Assembly: GCA_963709405.1 (NCBI GenBank)
Contig: CAVPXM010000006.1
Coordinates: forward strand, 1-64,000
Length of the DNA: 64,000 nt
Direction: 5' to 3'
Origin: an uncultured Nitrososphaerales archaeon
Lineage (GTDB): Archaea; Thermoproteota; Nitrososphaeria; Nitrososphaerales; Nitrososphaeraceae
Each line of letters begins with the position of its first letter. The stretch's first letter is position 1. Below the pieces are notes generated by a model, which was given only the letters and a program-made list of their open reading frames with translations, was not told the DNA's origin and did not search any database. Shown one piece after another: positions 58,690 through 64,000 of this stretch. The position numbers were made by a program, and so were the translations under genes.

Positions 58690-59093
58690 GTAAGCGTACA
58701 AGAGAAGATGGTAACGAACGATGAAGACAGATAACTCTTCATTCGTTTAGAAGATTTGTAAAGACTACCATATCTGATCTTGGCTATGCCGATTACTCAG
58801 AGTATTTCATAGGACATTCTGGTTCAACATACTGGCGTAAAAAGGATTCAGAGAAAGCCGAAATATTCCGTAAGGTAGAGCCTTACTTGACATTTCTAAA
58901 TATCCATCAGCTAGAAAGACAGGGCGCTGACATACAAACCAAGGTAGAGGAATTAGAAGAACTAAATCAGTCATTAAGACAGCGTGATAAAGTAAAGGAT
59001 GACGCTATTGCACAATTATCAGATCAACTTGTTGCTCTGACAGCAAGGTTGCAAGAGCTTGAGAGAAGACAGAACGTAGGCATCATAAGCTGA
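58690..59093 (+). pseudogene. Tyrosine recombinase C-terminal remnant
   Basis: ITLHSFRRF (HxxR) and EYFIGHSGSTYW (GH...Y) followed by a coiled-coil tail; upstream TGA. Confidence 0.85.
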
Positions 59094-59333
59094 CCATTAC
59101 ACTTATGTCCTGTAAAACAACATACCTTGTCGTTGCAGTGACATCCAGCCGGGGGATTCTGGACTGCGTCACGTGTCATCGTTGCGGTATTACTGGGTGT
59201 GTTACGGCGACCCGCATAAAGACCAGTTTGTAGTATTTGGATTGATTACTTGTGATTGGGCACGGCCATTTTACTATTAAAATGGTTGCATTGCTCTATC
59301 TTTTCATGTATCTATTATTCTGAGAAATAATCA

Positions 59334-59588
59334 GGTTACATCAGTTACATTTAGTCGTTTTTGGGTGTAACCTGCCGTATAAAATTCTTGTAATTACTAT
59401 ACTAAGTAAGCGGTTAGCCTATATTTCCTGCATAGTTATGCATTAATAATTATTATAATTATAGGTTACATCAGTTACATCAGTTACATAGCTTTTCATA
59501 TACAAAAACAATTTAGATATCTAAGATGAAGAGGCGCGCGCCTTGTAGAGATCGAAAATATGGCGTAACCGATGTAACCGTTGTAACT
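59334..59588. repeat. Direct and inverted 9-mer repeats (GTTACATCA-like), iteron-like
   Basis: GGTTACATCAGTTACAT near 59334, GGTTACATCAGTTACATCAGTTACAT near 59464, and inverted GTAACCGATGTAACCGTTGTAAC near 59565. Confidence 0.75.
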
Positions 59589-59649
59589 TCCGGACATATG
59601 AAAATTACTCAGTAACACAAACTATCTTTTTCTTCGTAAAACTGAATTT

Positions 59650-59795
59650 CGAAGATTTTAGAAGCAAGTCCAGGATTTGGTGGGCCTTTAAATGAACAAG
59701 AGACGAAGGATTTTTTGACGGCCGGTAAACTAAATGTACACCTTGGAACAGTGGATGAGAAGGGCGATGCAAATATTCATCCAGCATGGTACTAA
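59650..59795 (+). pseudogene. Pyridoxamine 5'-phosphate oxidase-like protein N-terminal fragment
   Basis: KILEASPGFGGPLNEQETKDFLTAGKLNVHLGTVDEKGDANIHPAWY, then a stop. Confidence 0.6.
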
Positions 59796-59818
59796 TAAAA
59801 GTGATATTTTAGTAGTTC

Positions 59819-60085
59819 TTGTATTATTATGATGAGGAAAATTTGATAGTTCTTTGGCGTGACGCATGGTTAAAACCGCTCTATAATTCTGACATGGGAT
59901 CTGATTTTTGTAACTTATGTAACCGGAGGTTTGATGAACTTGATTTTGTAACATCTTGTGAATTTTGTGAAATAGGAATAATTCATAATAACTGTGCAGA
60001 CAAACATATTTTGGATAGCCATAAAAACGAAATTTTGAGTAAAATCGAATCACAACGAGACAGGCGTCTGCACGATTATCAGTAA
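59819..60085 (+). CDS. Small Cys/His-rich zinc-binding protein
   Basis: CNLC..CEFC..HNNC..H..H pattern. Confidence 0.65.
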   Translation: MYYYDEENLIVLWRDAWLKPLYNSDMGSDFCNLCNRRFDELDFVTSCEFCEIGIIHNNCADKHILDSHKNEILSKIESQRDRRLHDYQ

Positions 60086-60304
60086 TTGTGATCACTAACA
60101 ATAGTGGATCACAATTGTTACATTCAACAACTAAAACTTGATCTTTAAATTTCTTATTACATTAATTTAGCATGACTAGGAACACTGCAAAAGACCGTTT
60201 AATAGCTTTCATCTTTTACACACAAAGACAATACATATCTCAGATCGATAACAATTTCTTTAACTGAACGATGTCAGACAATATCATATTATGTCTCTGT
60301 TTGG

Positions 60305-60613
60305 ATGGGTAAGCCCGAGGAAATGCCAGACCTGGCCCGAGATGGCATATTCTGGATTTTCAATGTAACAACCGGGAAGGAGACGATGGTCGCTACTTCC
60401 AGGACGTGGATGGATGCAGCTGGTAACCTCATAGTAACTGTAGTTGAGGGCTTAGAAGCCGTTTGGAATATGGAAACGCCTTCGTATTATGGAGGCTTTG
60501 CGGCAGATCTGGCTAACTATTCTACCGCTACCCTGAATACTGCTTACGTGTCTCCGGCAGATTCTAGAGCAGCCCGGATATCTTATCAAAATGTGCAAGC
60601 TTACAAGTTATGA
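60305..60613 (+). CDS. Hypothetical protein
   Basis: 102-aa ORF, GC-richer than its flanks, with no recognised motif. Confidence 0.35.
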   Translation: MGKPEEMPDLARDGIFWIFNVTTGKETMVATSRTWMDAAGNLIVTVVEGLEAVWNMETPSYYGGFAADLANYSTATLNTAYVSPADSRAARISYQNVQAYKL

Positions 60614-61394
60614 TGGTCAATGATGGAAATAAGCTTTCAACGGTCGAGGTAATTGACTACCGATCTATGCGTTTCACTTGGCACACTTTTTAATGATAAA
60701 TTCAACATGATGTTTCTACATCTCCATTGCTCGTGGCTAGGATAGTAATGTCGTGAGATCTGCTTTAACAAAGTTACGTTCTTATTCTTCGAAGAAAGGT
60801 CTAAACTGAACATCATAACCAGGAGAGTTGTTTGCAAACTGTTTTATCATGATCATTTTGCATATTTTATCTTGCAATTCGGAATGTTCACTCAATTTCT
60901 TTTTACAAATAGGACATAATGCCATATACATCACAACATAACAACAAATTAAGAGGTATTTATTAAACCTATTACGTAATTAGAAGGTTAGCTATGCTCG
61001 ACTTCGAGCAGGATATTGTATGATATTTCTCTGATTTCATTTAGAAGATTGTCTAAAAGGCTTTACTATTCAGGTCATTTATTGCACTAACCGCATCAGA
61101 ATTAGATCAAAATAAGTGGAGATAGTTTTGTATTCTATTATAACTTTCCCTTACCATATGTCCGATATACATCTTCAAATTCTTCTCTAGAGGTGAAAAT
61201 AACCCGGGTATCCCGGGTGTAATTATTGTGCCAACTATCCGTTTTAGACCTAGGCCGATGCGCGCCCATGGCTTACGTATATCTGATCAATGTCTACGCG
61301 TCAAGTTAATCAGTTCATACAGGTAACCCCACTTTACAAAATTAAACAGTATCGCTCTATTTTAGATTGGTAATTCCCACAAAAAGCGTAAAAC

Positions 61395-61616
61395 ATGACT
61401 CCGATAAATTACTATCATTTAATGACTCTAAGCTTGAACTGTAAGGACGTAGGTGATCCAGTATGCACACATACTATGTATGGTGAAACCGAAGAAGAAT
61501 TATTACAAAATGCAAAGAAACACGGTATCGAAGTCCATGGATATAATGAGCAGACATGGAACGAAGAGCTGTCAAAAAATAAAGATCATTTCCGCAAACT
61601 CATAAAAAGTTCGTAA
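61395..61616 (+). CDS. DUF1059-family small metal-binding protein
   Basis: CKDVG..C...GETEEELL..AKKH...VHG; the likely start is 61422. Confidence 0.85.
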   Translation: MTPINYYHLMTLSLNCKDVGDPVCTHTMYGETEEELLQNAKKHGIEVHGYNEQTWNEELSKNKDHFRKLIKSS

Positions 61617-61719
61617 TTACTTTTCATCCACTTTTTTGGATTCTTTTGAAATAATCCGTCTAATAAAAAGTGTAACCATTATGTAATATGAAATTACTTA
61701 ACTTGATAGACAAGCACAG

Positions 61720-62196
61720 TTGGAAAGCAATAGTGAATTAAAAATTCTTGGTTTCGCAGGAAGTCTAAGAGTTGGTTCTTATAATAAGGCTCTTCTACGT
61801 GCTACTATAGACCTGTTACCGGAAGATGTTACTCTGGAAATATTTGAAATTGATGGCATTCCTCTATTCAATCAAGATATTGAGAAAGATATGCCAACGA
61901 AGGTAAGAGAGTTCAAATCGAAAATAAGAGAAGCAGATGCCATCCTGATTGCAACTCCAGAATACAATTATTCAGTACCTGGGGTATTAAAAAACGCAAT
62001 TGATTGGGCCTCTAGACCTTACGGAGATAATGCATTTGAAGGGAAGCCGGCTCGCTATAATGAGTGCGTCAGTAGGCATGTTGGGTGGTGCTAGAGCACA
62101 GTATCATTTACGCCAGATATTCGTATTTTTAAATGTGTATCCGGTAAATGGACCAGAGGTTATACTTCCATTTGCACAGGATAAATTTGATGCAAC
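61720..62196 (+). pseudogene. NADPH-dependent FMN reductase paralogue, frameshifted and 3' truncated
   Basis: Close paralogue of 16722..17289; similarity ends at QDKFDA, just before repeat copy D. Confidence 0.88.
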
Positions 62197-62210
62197 TTCA
62201 GTACCTACGT

Positions 62211-62800
62211 ATACTAAGGTGTCAGTCTATACATCCGGCATATCATTTTCGAAAATATTTATAATCTGGCATGCCGCATATCGTTATTAGAAGACGCCAT
62301 TTCCGATATGATTTATACTGGACTTTACAAGAATCCGATGTTATCTGATATGTTAAAAACTAACTGCATATTAGCAAATTGAATCCGTGAGTTAACATCA
62401 ATCAATGATTACTATCTATTGATATCAATTGTAGAGTCGGTAGTTCAGTTAAGTAATTAATGTCACTAAGTCCTGAAGTTTTACCTATTGATAGGATCAG
62501 TCTGCTCATATCAGTTTGGGAATGTTCGGCTAATTTCACGAACCTTGATTTATGTACCAGAGGATCTTTGTATTTGATTCTCTCGATTCTGGTGTACATA
62601 CTTTATCTCAGGATGTAATCTGCAGTGAAAGTATTCTTGCTTTATAGCAATTATTGGATGTCACGGGCTTTGGTCTAAATCTTGCTTTGGGAGCGGTGTA
62701 TATGGCGTACTTGGATCGTCATAAGAGAATCGAGTTATCGACCAGATTTTGGCCGTGTCTTCTATATGTATAGCGTAAGGGACATTTAACTGGAAACATG
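62211..62800 (-). repeat. Dispersed repeat family, copy D
   Basis: High similarity to 32950..33530; ORFs 62402..62599 and 62661..62864 are broken pieces of the CxxH..HH frame. Confidence 0.9.
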
Positions 62801-63000
62801 AGTAGCCGCGCGCCCCCACTAGATCGAACGGGGTTGGAACACCAATGGAGAGATGCGATAACATTCATTGCAAGAAACGAGACGCGGTCATTAGTAGTAG
62901 TCGGAAGTAATCAAATACAAGAGCAGCATCAGATCCATAACGCGATAGAAGATAAATCTGTATCATCATCGGAAAAAAGGCTTTCCTTGTAGAGGAGCTG

Positions 63001-64000
63001 ATGAAAACATATACCTTCAAAACTTTAAAGGATGTAGAAATAATTCTATACTATAGAGAAGGCAAGTACTGCTCTGGCGGAGAACAGCTCATTAAGGCTG
63101 AACTTGAGAGATTAGGTGGATTTTCGATAACCACACATTTGCGTACTGAGGTTATCAATCACATAAAGGCAAGAACGCTGGTCGATAGGGGCGAATTTGA
63201 TACAAATCTGGATATTATGAATGTTAAGAATGGGTTGATAAACATTCGCACAGGTGAATTCAAAGAACACGATCCGAACTACTTGTCATTAATACAATTA
63301 CCTGTACGATATAATCCTAGGGGCGCGCCCATCAAAAATAATTGCTTTTATGTACAATGTCTTGTATCCGTCCGACGTACCTTTACTGCTAGAGTACATA
63401 AGATATTGTCTCATCAGGCATAATAGATTACAAAAAGATCTGATGTGCGTTGGAGATGAAGATAACGGTAAGAGCGTTATGCTAAAAATTATTAGCAAAT
63501 TCTTGGGTCGAGAGAATATTAGTAGCAAGACACTACATAGTTTGGCAGTGGTGAATGACAGATTCGCGACGGCCGACCTGTACGGTAAATTGGCCAACAT
63601 ATTTGCTGACCTATCGGCAAAGAGACTTCCAGATATAGAAGCATTCAAAGTATTAGCCAGCGGAGATAGAATTAGCGCAGAACGAAAATTTCAGAACAGC
63701 TTTGAATTTGAGCCAACTACTAAGCTGATTTTCAGTGCAAATACTCCTCCCAAACCAACTGACGATATGGAAAACGCGTACTATAAGCGATGGATATTGA
63801 TCTCATTTAATTTAAGGAAGAATTGCTTTTTCTGTAGGAAACCGATAGTTAAGGATCCAGATATTACAGAGAAGTTAACTACTGAGGAAGAATTGTCTGG
63901 CCTACTAAACTTAGCATTAATTTCTGCAAGGAGGCTCTTGACAAAACGTAAATTTGTAAAATCTTCTACTACAGAAGCGGTTAGAGAAATATATCAGAGA
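63001..64000 (+). pseudogene. P4-family/D5-like primase-associated SF3 helicase, frameshift near 63335, runs off the window
   Basis: D5_N-like MNVKNGLINIRTGEFKEHDP, then Walker A GDEDNGKS, Walker B NIFAD, motif C LIFSANTPP and KRW. Confidence 0.9.

Noticed and set aside
61202-61219. ACCCGGGTATCCCGGGT palindrome pair
   Set aside because: Single short occurrence with no supporting context.
1-64000. tRNA or rRNA genes
   Set aside because: No cloverleaf or rRNA-like segment recognised by eye; tRNAscan-SE would be needed to exclude one.

Overview
AT-rich 64-kb window whose gene content (split IS5, IS6/IS481/IS630/IS1595 transposases, dCache histidine kinase, secreted cupredoxins, P-II, TFB remnant, DUF1059 and lineage-typical hypotheticals) points to a soil ammonia-oxidising archaeon, most likely Nitrososphaeraceae (inference, no search run). 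It is an accessory, heavily decayed region with no rRNA, tRNA or CRISPR array visible. Many genes carry single frameshifts or are cut at sharp junctions, which may be real decay or long-read indel error. Three IS elements have visible terminal inverted repeats (IS1595, IS5, IS481), and there is a two-copy ~94-bp MITE. Remains of replicative or integrative elements are scattered through the window: a family-B DNA polymerase domain, a P4/D5-type primase-helicase, three tyrosine-recombinase tails and iteron-like 9-mers. The strongest unexplained signal is a four-copy dispersed repeat made of the 3' end of a CxxH..HH zinc-finger ORF plus a conserved non-coding tail with a shared end. Other oddities are a diverged G6PD-like gene, a TGA at the same codon in two diverged RTX paralogues, and a 45-bp palindromic repeat pair flanking a hydrolase gene. 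All family calls come from motif recognition by eye.
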